DNA of 20,000 nucleotides from an uncultured virus (IMG/VR IMGVR_UViG_3300043117_000361) (IMGVR_UViG_3300043117_000361), one strand, 5' to 3'; positions 1 to 6,356 are shown, counted from the stretch's first letter. Numbers and translations: made by a program. The notes: generated by a model not told the origin, from the sequence alone.

Positions 1-2
1 TA

Positions 3-233
3 ACGGACCTTGAGCAAGAGAACGAAGCCCTGCATAAAGAGGTCTTGCGGTTTGAACTGGAAAACAAACGCCTGAACGGCCTGTACTGCGAGTTGCTGCA
101 TCAGGTCGAAATGAAGTACTCCGACGAATCCCGTCACGAAACAGCGAAACGGATGTTACGCACAGCCCAGCAAAGTATGGGACCAGCGGCGTCAGTTAAC
201 GACAAATCTCAGATTTTGAGCAAAGTGAAATAA
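3..233 (+). CDS. Phage hypothetical protein, 5'-truncated (coiled-coil N-part; YxELLxxVxxKxxDESRHETA motif)
   Basis: Frame is open from base 3; stop lies inside the attC at 194-253. Confidence 0.7.
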   Translation, partial: TDLEQENEALHKEVLRFELENKRLNGLYCELLHQVEMKYSDESRHETAKRMLRTAQQSMGPAASVNDKSQILSKVK

Positions 234-253
234 TCTGGAACGCCTTGTTGGCG
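194..253 (-). repeat. attC site
   Basis: Minus strand: CGCCAAC-AAGGC-GTTCCAGA...TCTGAGA-TTTGTC-GTTAACT. Confidence 0.8.
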
Positions 254-264
254 CAGGAGATAAT

Positions 265-495
265 ATGAAGGTTGGAACATTCGTAAAGGTGAAAAGTGGG
301 GCGTCTACTTGGATGAAGGATCGCGGCTACTGGATAAATGACTGGCCGGAATCCATTGACGGCATGATAGGCGAAATTACCCATGATTATACTGCGTATA
401 AGGGCGACGATTGCCACTACGAGGTCGCGCTGCCCGGCGTAGACGGGTGCGGGATACATCCGCAATGGTTGTCTGTTACCTCCCGATTCACCTGA
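265..495 (+). CDS. Small hypothetical protein, SH3/KOW-like start (MKVGTFVKVK)
   Basis: RBS AGGAG upstream; 76 aa. Confidence 0.75.
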   Translation: MKVGTFVKVKSGASTWMKDRGYWINDWPESIDGMIGEITHDYTAYKGDDCHYEVALPGVDGCGIHPQWLSVTSRFT

Positions 496-603
496 CGAGC
501 GAAATGGAAGTAAATAATGGATAAGAAACATACACAAACTAACACACAGCAAACATCGACAAACCCGCGCGTCCGTCCGGTCAGGTGCAGCCGGTGGTGT
601 GTT
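473..603 (-). repeat. Degenerate attC site
   Basis: Inner arms TTCACCTGAC / GTCAGGTGCA retained; both cores mutated (TAC, GTG). Confidence 0.5.
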
Positions 604-666
604 CGCGGTGTATGGTTGTATGCGGCGACATGGGATGGTGCAGAGGTAAGGGAGGTTTTAGCATGA
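517..666 (+). CDS. 49-aa hypothetical protein starting inside the degenerate attC
   Basis: ATG at 517; ATGA overlap with the next gene at 663-666. Confidence 0.4.
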   Translation: MDKKHTQTNTQQTSTNPRVRPVRCSRWCVRGVWLYAATWDGAEVREVLA

Positions 667-977
667 ATGAACAAAGCGATCGAATGGATACGGCCTCTAC
701 TGATTTGTTGGTATTTCCGGTTCGGCATCACTTTGACTGTTGGATTGACAGGTGCCGAACATGCCTTGATGACCACCTTGCGCTTGCCGAGTATATCCAT
801 GCGGTAACACAGGCCCCGCGTCAGTACCACGATTTTTTGAGAGAGTACCGGACGTGGCTCGACAGCCACGGAATCCCTGCTGAATCAGAGGACGGATGGG
901 CGACGCGGCAGGCTTGGGACAAAGAGAACGTCCATGCGTTCATTTGGGACGTGTGGGGGGTAGATGCCAACGCCTAA
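663..977 (+). CDS. Hypothetical protein
   Basis: GGAGGT RBS before ATG 663; stop lies inside the next attC. Confidence 0.7.
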   Translation: MNEQSDRMDTASTDLLVFPVRHHFDCWIDRCRTCLDDHLALAEYIHAVTQAPRQYHDFLREYRTWLDSHGIPAESEDGWATRQAWDKENVHAFIWDVWGVDANA

Positions 978-1036
978 ATTGAGTTTTCTGAAAGGAGCGA
1001 AGCGAGTGAAAGATAAATTTAAACGTCTTGTTCGGC
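965..1036 (-). repeat. attC site containing stop, RBS and GTG start
   Basis: + strand TGCCAAC-GCCTAA-ATTGAGT...ATTTAAAC-GTCTT-GTTCGGC; AAAGGAG 991-997, GTG 1006. Confidence 0.75.
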
Positions 1037-1485
1037 ATCTGTCTGCGTGGGCGTGGGCGGATGAGATTGAGACAACGAAACAGGCTGGCGGCGTTCTGCG
1101 CTGGAAGTCGGAATACGATTGGTGGCACTGGTACGTCGTTGAGGTCGGGACGAAAGGTGGACATTGGATTGGAAGTCACGCCGATCCGATGGTCCGAAAG
1201 GCGTGGGATGCCGCAAGGGAACGTATGCCGAACGCACACTTTAGCGGCGCGGTTTCCGCGTCTGTTCCAAGCGATCATTGGGTTTCTTTTAATGTCTGGC
1301 ACGCTGATAGTCACCCACCATTCAGCGCACCTTTGATTTGCAAGGTTCTGCATTATCGCACAGATCGAATAACCGAGGATAAGATGACACTAGAGGAACC
1401 GACCGATCCTCGGTTTTGCTTCTCCAATAACAGCGAACTTGACGAAAGCAAAACTCGTGTTATTGCGTGGAAACTCAATAACTAG
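1006..1485 (+). CDS. Hypothetical protein, apparent fusion of two cassettes through an internal attC
   Basis: RBS and GTG start lie in the attC loop; reads through 1227-1283 as PNAHFSGAVSASVPSDHW. Confidence 0.65.
   Translation: MKDKFKRLVRHLSAWAWADEIETTKQAGGVLRWKSEYDWWHWYVVEVGTKGGHWIGSHADPMVRKAWDAARERMPNAHFSGAVSASVPSDHWVSFNVWHADSHPPFSAPLICKVLHYRTDRITEDKMTLEEPTDPRFCFSNNSELDESKTRVIAWKLNN
1227..1283 (-). repeat. Degenerate attC site inside a CDS
   Basis: GCCGAAC...ATTGGGT; left core ATGCCGAAC is the exact complement of GTTCGGCAT at 1030. Confidence 0.55.
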
Positions 1486-1531
1486 CTCAACTTCGGAGCG
1501 AAGCGGAGTAAGCTGGAGCGCCTTGTTGGGC
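1473..1531 (-). repeat. attC site (family A)
   Basis: Minus strand GCCCAAC-AAGGC-GCTCCAGC...GTTGAGC-TAGTT-ATTGAGT; near-identical to 5088-5147. Confidence 0.85.
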
Positions 1532-1557
1532 GTTCCGTAACATAAAGGAGAAAAGCG

Positions 1558-1776
1558 ATGAACGAAAAAAAGTACATGATTGATGACGAACCGGCCAGCG
1601 CGAATGACATCATTCGCAAGGCGAAGGAACTGGACACGGATTACGGGTCGGACGGCTTCTGTCAGACCAGCGTGGCCGCAGATGTTTTGCAGCGGAACGG
1701 GTTTTCGGTCTGGCACAACCCTGATTATACGCCCAACGCCGGAAGTGACGATCAGAATGAAGGGAGCGAAGAATGA
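1558..1776 (+). CDS. Hypothetical protein (cassette)
   Basis: AAGGAG RBS; C-terminus PNAGSDD... is translated attC. Confidence 0.8.
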   Translation: MNEKKYMIDDEPASANDIIRKAKELDTDYGSDGFCQTSVAADVLQRNGFSVWHNPDYTPNAGSDDQNEGSEE

Positions 1777-1814
1777 GCGAGCGAAATGAGGTAGCGTCCA
1801 CTTCTTTGTTGGAC
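1731..1814 (-). repeat. attC site with ATGA stop/start overlap in its loop
   Basis: + strand GCCCAAC-GCCGGA-AGTGACG...CGTCCACT-TCTTT-GTTGGAC. Confidence 0.85.
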
Positions 1815-1970
1815 GATTTGCGCGACTTGAAGCGCGAACTTGAGGTTGCGAAAAACAGTCAACTGGCTGGTCCGGATGGACGCGCCGCGTTCACATCCTG
1901 CCTTGGGTCTGTGAACATGATTCTCGATAAACACGATACGTCCAACGCAGCAATGACGGGCGGCGAATAG
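1773..1970 (+). CDS. Hypothetical protein (cassette)
   Basis: Starts inside one attC and ends inside the next. Confidence 0.7.
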   Translation: MSERNEVASTSLLDDLRDLKRELEVAKNSQLAGPDGRAAFTSCLGSVNMILDKHDTSNAAMTGGE

Positions 1971-1997
1971 CCGTACCGTCGATTGGCCTTGTTGGGC
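1940..1997 (-). repeat. attC site
   Basis: GTCCAAC..AATGACGG...CCGTCGATT..GTTGGGC. Confidence 0.8.
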
Positions 1998-2024
1998 ACG
2001 TACCGCAAGGCCGGAAAGGACAAC

Positions 2025-2267
2025 ATGAGATCAATTCAGGAAGGCGACATTGTATGTGTTAACTTCAACAATGCACAGTACACGCTTTGCAGTCGGGCCA
2101 AGGTACTACACACGCCCTCGGCAACGGGCGACTCGTGGTACTTTCAGGACATGGAGACAAAAAAAGAATGGGCGGTCAGCGAGGGATGCACGATTACGCT
2201 GATAGAGCCTCATATGCCCAACGCAGAGTTGACCGGATCGAAACAGCCAGAGAAAGGCACAGCATGA
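2025..2267 (+). CDS. Small SH3-like hypothetical protein, TPxATGDSW family
   Basis: AAGGA RBS; similar to the N-half of 3283..3690. Confidence 0.8.
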   Translation: MRSIQEGDIVCVNFNNAQYTLCSRAKVLHTPSATGDSWYFQDMETKKEWAVSEGCTITLIEPHMPNAELTGSKQPEKGTA

Positions 2268-2318
2268 ACCAAACACCGCAAGCGGCTGTTTCGGGTACGG
2301 TCGGACGCCTTGTTCGCC
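2216..2318 (-). repeat. attC site with ATGA overlap in its loop
   Basis: GCCCAAC..GTTGACCG..CGAAACAGCC...GGCTGTTTCG..CGGTCGGAC-GCCTT-GTTCGCC. Confidence 0.85.
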
Positions 2319-2500
2319 CTTCCGGGGTGAGCATTGAGATGATGGAGTTTGCCCGTCCGCAAGACGATGATCTGTGGCACTGGGCAAACAACCTGAACGC
2401 CATGCTGCACTCGGGCTACTGCAAGAAGTGCGGCCTCACGCCGAACGGATGCCGCAACGAAGGCTGTAGGGCTAACGGAAAGGATGACACTCCGAAATGA
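2264..2500 (+). CDS. Hypothetical protein with CxxC...CxxxxC motif (cassette)
   Basis: ATGA-coupled at both ends. Confidence 0.7.
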   Translation: MNQTPQAAVSGTVGRLVRPSGVSIEMMEFARPQDDDLWHWANNLNAMLHSGYCKKCGLTPNGCRNEGCRANGKDDTPK

Positions 2501-2549
2501 GTAAGCGAAGCGCGACGAATGAAGGTAGTTGTCCATCCGCTTGTTCGAC
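2470..2549 (-). repeat. attC site (family D) with ATGA overlap
   Basis: GGCTAAC..GGATGACA...TGTCCATCC..GTTCGAC. Confidence 0.85.
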
Positions 2550-2709
2550 ATGCCCCGCGCTGGAGCTGGTGCGGGCAATCGTCGAGATGACCGAGGGACA
2601 AGCAGACATCGACAAGCGCAGCATTGTGCGCCCCGGCGTTACGCTGGGAAGGGAATCACGCCGCATACTCGCTCGTCTGTCGAACGCCGAGCATGACACT
2701 CGGCATTGA
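2497..2709 (+). CDS. Hypothetical protein (cassette)
   Basis: ATGA overlap; both termini are attC-derived. Confidence 0.6.
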   Translation: MSKRSATNEGSCPSACSTCPALELVRAIVEMTEGQADIDKRSIVRPGVTLGRESRRILARLSNAEHDTRH

Positions 2710-2751
2710 AGCGAAGCGAAAATGACGCAGTTGTCCATGCTTTTGTTGGGC
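2679..2751 (-). repeat. attC site (family D)
   Basis: GTCGAAC..GCATGACA...TGTCCATGC..GTTGGGC. Confidence 0.85.
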
Positions 2752-2770
2752 ATGGACGGGAAGGAAAACG

Positions 2771-2923
2771 ATGAAATTGAACCACTTGATTCTGATAGGT
2801 GACGCGGTGGAGAAAATCCACGAACTGACAAACACAGACATTCCTGACATCGTAGACGCCCTTACTGGTGTTGCTTGGGACGAAGAGGACGCGGGGCAAA
2901 TCAAAGCGTATCACGCTGGCTAA
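2771..2923 (+). CDS. 50-aa hypothetical protein (MKLNHLILIGDAVEKIHEL...)
   Basis: AAGGA RBS; fills the cassette; below the ORF-track length cutoff. Confidence 0.65.
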   Translation: MKLNHLILIGDAVEKIHELTNTDIPDIVDALTGVAWDEEDAGQIKAYHAG

Positions 2924-2931
2924 GATTATAT

Positions 2932-3003
2932 GCCCAATGCAGCGCTCACCGTCGGGGCTCAAGCTCCGAGCGAAGCGAGGTAGATTGAAGCCCTTTGTTG
3001 GGG
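2932..3003 (-). repeat. attC site (family B), apparently chimeric at its left end
   Basis: Body near-identical to 5653-5712; preceded by a GCCCAAT-GCAGC-GCTCACC remnant. Confidence 0.8.
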
Positions 3004-3020
3004 CTGGATTGGAGGACAAG

Positions 3021-3194
3021 ATGACATACGTGAGTGTTGACTACAAGGGCAGAGCGCACATTGCCGACGCGGAATTGCTGGACGACTACAAGGCTGGCGT
3101 GCTGGAGGATGGCGGCGTGCTGCTGCGGATCGACGGCGAGACGGTGAGCCAGTACACGGGCAATGGCGACAATGAATGGGAAGAACTTTACTAG
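3021..3194 (+). CDS. 57-aa hypothetical protein (cassette)
   Basis: GGAGG RBS before ATG 3021. Confidence 0.75.
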   Translation: MTYVSVDYKGRAHIADAELLDDYKAGVLEDGGVLLRIDGETVSQYTGNGDNEWEELY

Positions 3195-3195
3195 C

Positions 3196-3256
3196 CCCAA
3201 ACGCTGCAAAGCAGTCTCGCAGCGGTAGCAAGTAGGCTCGATTTGTCTTGTTGGGT
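3196..3256 (-). repeat. attC site
   Basis: CCCAAAC..AAAGCAGTCT...AGGCTCGATTT-GTCTT-GTTGGGT. Confidence 0.7.
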
Positions 3257-3282
3257 TTCCCAGCAAGGCGGGAAGGAACAAG

Positions 3283-3690
3283 ATGAAAAACAGGATTGAG
3301 AAGGACGACAGGGTGCTGGTGGTTTTCGCCAGCGACGGATCGAGTTTGCGCGGAGTGGTGGACTACACGCCGCAAGCGACAGGTGACTCGTGGGTGATTG
3401 TGCAAGACGATGGCACCGTCAACTATGTTCAGATGTTTGAGACGATGCAACTCGTTGGTAAACCCAACGCTGGCGGTGACGCTTCGGCGTACTCGCCGAT
3501 AGCATCCACTGCTTTGTTGTCTGTCCCGTCCAACACCATTGTGACGTGTGCCAACTGCGGCAACGAGTACGAGGTTCATTACACTGAGCCGTTCGACAAG
3601 GCTGGGGAAGGTAGACGCATCTGCGTGGATTGTTGCGAGGGACTTGGGCCAGAAGACCTGCCATGCGGCATCAGTACAGACAACAACTAG
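3283..3690 (+). CDS. Two-cassette fusion protein: SH3-like ATGDSW domain plus CxxC...CxxC zinc-binding domain
   Basis: AAGGA RBS; internal attC 3462-3522 is translated as the linker PNAGGDASAYSPIASTALLS. Confidence 0.75.
   Translation: MKNRIEKDDRVLVVFASDGSSLRGVVDYTPQATGDSWVIVQDDGTVNYVQMFETMQLVGKPNAGGDASAYSPIASTALLSVPSNTIVTCANCGNEYEVHYTEPFDKAGEGRRICVDCCEGLGPEDLPCGISTDNN
3462..3522 (-). repeat. attC site read through in frame
   Basis: ACCCAAC-GCTGGC-GGTGACGCT...AGCATCCACT-GCTTT-GTTGTCT. Confidence 0.85.
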
Positions 3691-3734
3691 CTCAAGCGTA
3701 GCGAAGCGGAGTCGCTTGCTGCATTTTGTTGGCA
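3678..3734 (-). repeat. attC site (family C)
   Basis: Near-identical to 6495-6553. Confidence 0.8.
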
Positions 3735-3754
3735 ATCTGAATAAGGAGAGAAGA

Positions 3755-3997
3755 ATGAGTGAAATGAATTGGAAGCGATTGAATAAGGAACAACTGGCGA
3801 TACTGGATCACACGGCACACCGGGCCGCTGGTGGGCTGTATTGCGGGGACAGCCCCGACATGCAAAAGCTGATCGAGGCTGGGCTGATGGTGTCGGCGGG
3901 CTGCAAGTCGTTCGTGCCGGATGAGTATTTCCGTATGACGGACAAAGGACACGAAGTGCTGCGGGAAGCATGCCGCCCCAGCTATGGAGGTGAGTGA
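3755..3997 (+). CDS. Small winged-helix-like protein
   Basis: AAGGAG RBS; MQKLIEAGLM...YFRMTDKGHEVL resembles a wHTH C-terminal motif. Confidence 0.7.
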   Translation: MSEMNWKRLNKEQLAILDHTAHRAAGGLYCGDSPDMQKLIEAGLMVSAGCKSFVPDEYFRMTDKGHEVLREACRPSYGGE

Positions 3998-4049
3998 ATG
4001 ACAGTGGAGCTAAGCGTAATTGACAGTATGCTCGATCGTCTTGTTGGCA
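3976..4049 (-). repeat. attC site (left core AGC) containing RBS, stop and start
   Basis: CCCCAGC-TATGGA-GGTGAGT...GCTCGATC-GTCTT-GTTGGCA. Confidence 0.7.
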
Positions 4050-4270
4050 TCATTCGGCGCGAGCAGTTTGACCCAGAGAAGGGGCCTCCTTCGATACGTC
4101 GATTAGCCCGCCTCACGCGCAGGCAGCAGAAGGACGTGCTGGAAGAGTGCGTAGACGCGGACTTGTGCGTAAACATCGGCATCCAGTGTGGTGGCGTGAT
4201 TGGGGTGTTTGATCGCATTGGTGACTACACCGTGGAAGACCTGACGGTAGATTACCAACGCCGAGTGTGA
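3998..4270 (+). CDS. Hypothetical protein (cassette)
   Basis: GGAGG RBS, TGAATG junction; ends in an attC half-site at 4253. Confidence 0.7.
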   Translation: MTVELSVIDSMLDRLVGIIRREQFDPEKGPPSIRRLARLTRRQQKDVLEECVDADLCVNIGIQCGGVIGVFDRIGDYTVEDLTVDYQRRV

Positions 4271-4355
4271 GGTTCAGATATGGGCGCAGTTAAGAAGAAG
4301 TAGACATCGTCACGCGGATTATTTTTTAAATGAATAATGAAGTGAAAGGGATAAA

Positions 4356-4499
4356 ATGGTAAATTCCAAACAATTTATAGCCGTGCGTATAATTATGATC
4401 GCGCTCACATTTCTTATTAACGTAGCAGTTATCGCTGGCGCTGTGTGGCTGGTGGTTAATGTGCTTCAATGGCTTTATATTCTTTTAAAAACCGTATAA
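4356..4499 (+). CDS. 47-aa predicted membrane peptide
   Basis: AAAGGG RBS; long hydrophobic stretch IIMIALTFLINVAVIAGAVWLVVNVL; AT-rich. Confidence 0.6.
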   Translation: MVNSKQFIAVRIIMIALTFLINVAVIAGAVWLVVNVLQWLYILLKTV

Positions 4500-4538
4500 A
4501 ATTAAAAGCCATCCCGTGATCGGGCGCATCTTGGATGT

Positions 4539-4641
4539 TGTGAGCGCCACAAATCAAGGGCAGTTGCCCTAAGGAGTAAACCATGAGTGATGTAGAAAAC
4601 GCGAGCGGGGCGCAAGTACCCACTCAATGCGACTGTTCGGT
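4539..4641 (-). repeat. Degenerate attC containing RBS and ATG
   Basis: GGGCAGTTGCCC...GGGCGCAAGTACCC arms, right core GTTCGGT. Confidence 0.45.
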
Positions 4642-4765
4642 ATTGCGAGCGGCGTTACGCGGGCTGCTTGAATGTCGCTGTGAAGCAAACACCGGACAAT
4701 GTTGCGAGCACGTCAAGGCGGCAGAACAAGCGTTAATGAACAATAAAACAGGAGAGCCAAAATGA
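4583..4765 (+). CDS. Hypothetical Cys-rich protein
   Basis: AAGGAG RBS; ATGA overlap with the next gene. Confidence 0.65.
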   Translation: MSDVENASGAQVPTQCDCSVLRAALRGLLECRCEANTGQCCEHVKAAEQALMNNKTGEPK

Positions 4766-5127
4766 CGGCCAGGCTGACGGTCAAGAAATTGATTACTGAG
4801 TTAATGAGCATGGACCCGGATATGGATGCAGAACGTGCCCTTTCGGATATACGCACCGACACCTTGTTGGGTTTTAACGAGGAAAGTAATGAGATGAATA
4901 TACCATGCGACTGCGGAAATGAAAAAGCGTATTGGAAAGGAGATAGGTGCGGATTGCGAATATACGCCTGTGCAGAATGCCATGCGTACAACAGCGGGCT
5001 TGAAACAGCGGCCGGTCTCATTGAAGAAGGATGCAGCAACGAAGATGATAAAGCTGTGCTGCTTTGCGGAGTTTTATCTTCTAAGAAACTCAACGATCAA
5101 GCTCAGCTTCGGAGCGAAGCGGAGTAA
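4762..5127 (+). CDS. Hypothetical protein with CxC...CxxC zinc-ribbon-like motif
   Basis: GGAG RBS; stop lies inside the attC. Confidence 0.7.
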   Translation: MTARLTVKKLITELMSMDPDMDAERALSDIRTDTLLGFNEESNEMNIPCDCGNEKAYWKGDRCGLRIYACAECHAYNSGLETAAGLIEEGCSNEDDKAVLLCGVLSSKKLNDQAQLRSEAE

Positions 5128-5147
5128 GCTGGAGCACCTTGTTGGGC
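5088..5147 (-). repeat. attC site (family A), textbook architecture
   Basis: Minus strand GCCCAAC-AAGGT-GCTCCAGC-TTACTCCGCTTCGCTCCGAA-GCTGAGC-TTGATC-GTTGAGT. Confidence 0.92.
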
Positions 5148-5588
5148 TTTTAGAGCACGTTGCAATTCAGAGAGGAGCGGGCGCCAGTCTGCTGCGGCGT
5201 CGCCAATCGGCATCAATTCGTCCGGTATGTTGTCCAGGCTTACCGGGAGGCCGAGCGCCTCCTGCAGAGCCAAGGCGGATTCCATAGTATCGAATTCGTC
5301 AGTACCGTCGGCGACGTCGACGTTAGTCCAGTTTCCTGGGTTGAAACTTTCGCCCCATTCCTTACGCATGGCGGCTAGAACCTTCTGTTCAAAGTTCGGA
5401 TCCAGGCGAAAATCGGGCATCACCGGCGGCGTGTAAGTAGGCGCTTGGGGACGCTGTTTTGGGCGTCCGAGTCCCAAAAAGGCCCTCTTCTCAAACACCT
5501 CCGCAAGCCCCTGGGCGTACGCCTGCTTCAGGTGTCCGGACACGTTGCGTTGTTGTGCAACTTTAATTCCAAGTTCATATGGTGTCAT
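5103..5588 (-). CDS. K-x-A-leader protein with an acyl carrier protein-like domain (pantetheine Ser replaced by Glu)
   Basis: AGGAG RBS 7 nt before ATG; GTDEFDTMESALALQEALG aligns by eye to ACP GADSLDTVELVMALEEEF. Confidence 0.65.
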   Translation of the reverse strand: MTPYELGIKVAQQRNVSGHLKQAYAQGLAEVFEKRAFLGLGRPKQRPQAPTYTPPVMPDFRLDPNFEQKVLAAMRKEWGESFNPGNWTNVDVADGTDEFDTMESALALQEALGLPVSLDNIPDELMPIGDAAADWRPLLSELQRALKAQQGAPAYSASLRS

Positions 5589-5652
5589 AACGAGACTCCT
5601 ATTAAAGGTCAAACACGAGCGAAGAATACCACAGGAGGCTGGCGGATGTCAA

Positions 5653-5712
5653 GTTCAACGCCGGGGCTCAAGCTCCGAGCGAAGCGAGGTAGATTGCAGC
5701 CCTTTGTTGGGG
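5653..5712 (-). repeat. attC site (family B)
   Basis: GTTCAAC-GCCGGG-GCTCAAG...ATTGCAGC-CCTTT-GTTGGGG. Confidence 0.85.
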
Positions 5713-5729
5713 CAAAAATGGAGGACAGG

Positions 5730-5921
5730 ATGGACAAGACGGCAGAACTGATTGTTGATGCGATAGTGACCGACTTCACCGACAGGCGCGGGTTGCGGCA
5801 AGAGTGGGAACAGATCGACGAGAAGATTCAGAACGAAATCAAGGGCGAGTGGATGCGCCTTGTGCGCGAGATTCTTGGTCGCCCCAACGCCGGAGTTCAC
5901 ACTCCGAGCGAAGCGAGGTAG
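5730..5921 (+). CDS. 63-aa phage hypothetical protein (DRRGLRQEWEQID motif)
   Basis: GGAGG RBS; C-terminus is attC-derived. Confidence 0.8.
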   Translation: MDKTAELIVDAIVTDFTDRRGLRQEWEQIDEKIQNEIKGEWMRLVREILGRPNAGVHTPSEAR

Positions 5922-5943
5922 TTTGTGAAACGATTTGTTCGGA
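5882..5943 (-). repeat. attC site
   Basis: CCCCAAC-GCCGGA-GTTCACA...TGTGAAAC-GATTT-GTTCGGA. Confidence 0.9.
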
Positions 5944-6034
5944 ATCAGGCACGGGTAGGCAAACCTGACGGGCGTATGGCTGGCTGCTTGGGGTTCGATT
6001 CCCCGATGCCCGTTCCCATGCCGGGGTGCCTGAT
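5944..6034 (+). ncRNA. Putative tRNA-like mini RNA (acceptor stem plus T-arm) occupying a whole cassette
   Basis: CGGGCGT/ATGCCCG stem stacked on TGGGG-TTCGATT-CCCCG; closed by ATCAGGCAC/GTGCCTGAT; no credible ORF. Confidence 0.5.
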
Positions 6035-6113
6035 GCCGAACGCACAAGCTGACCATCAAAAAAGGAGCGAAGTATGAGCGGATTTTTTGTAGCGGTCCAG
6101 CGCCTTGTTGGGC
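6035..6113 (-). repeat. attC site containing RBS and ATG
   Basis: GCCGAAC-GCACAA-GCTGACC...GGTCCAGC-GCCTT-GTTGGGC. Confidence 0.9.
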
Positions 6114-6304
6114 GCATGGTTGGACGCTGTAAATGTGGCAAGTTTGTTCCTAATTGGGGCAAACTCCACGCATCATGTAAGCATGCGGCCCTGAATGGCG
6201 TTGCCATCAGTTTGCCAGCAATACGGTATTGCCCGTGGTGTGGCTGTCGTGTGCCGCCCAATGCCGGAAATCAGGGGCATGTGCCCCAGGGAGAACGATC
6301 ATGA
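6074..6304 (+). CDS. Small zinc-ribbon-like protein (CxC...YCPWCG)
   Basis: AAGGAG RBS in the attC loop. Confidence 0.75.
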   Translation: MSGFFVAVQRLVGRMVGRCKCGKFVPNWGKLHASCKHAALNGVAISLPAIRYCPWCGCRVPPNAGNQGHVPQGERS

Positions 6305-6356
6305 GTAACACGAAACGCACAGCGGGGCACATGTCCCCTGAATTGACTTGTTATCC
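6256..6356 (-). repeat. attC site with ATGA overlap in its loop
   Basis: GCCCAAT-GCCGGA-AATCAGGGGCATGTGCCCC...GGGGCACATGTCCCCTGAATT-GACTT-GTTATCC. Confidence 0.8.

Noticed and set aside
1..20. attC beginning at the first bases (TAAC)
   Set aside because: No matching arm or GTT core; lies within a coding frame.
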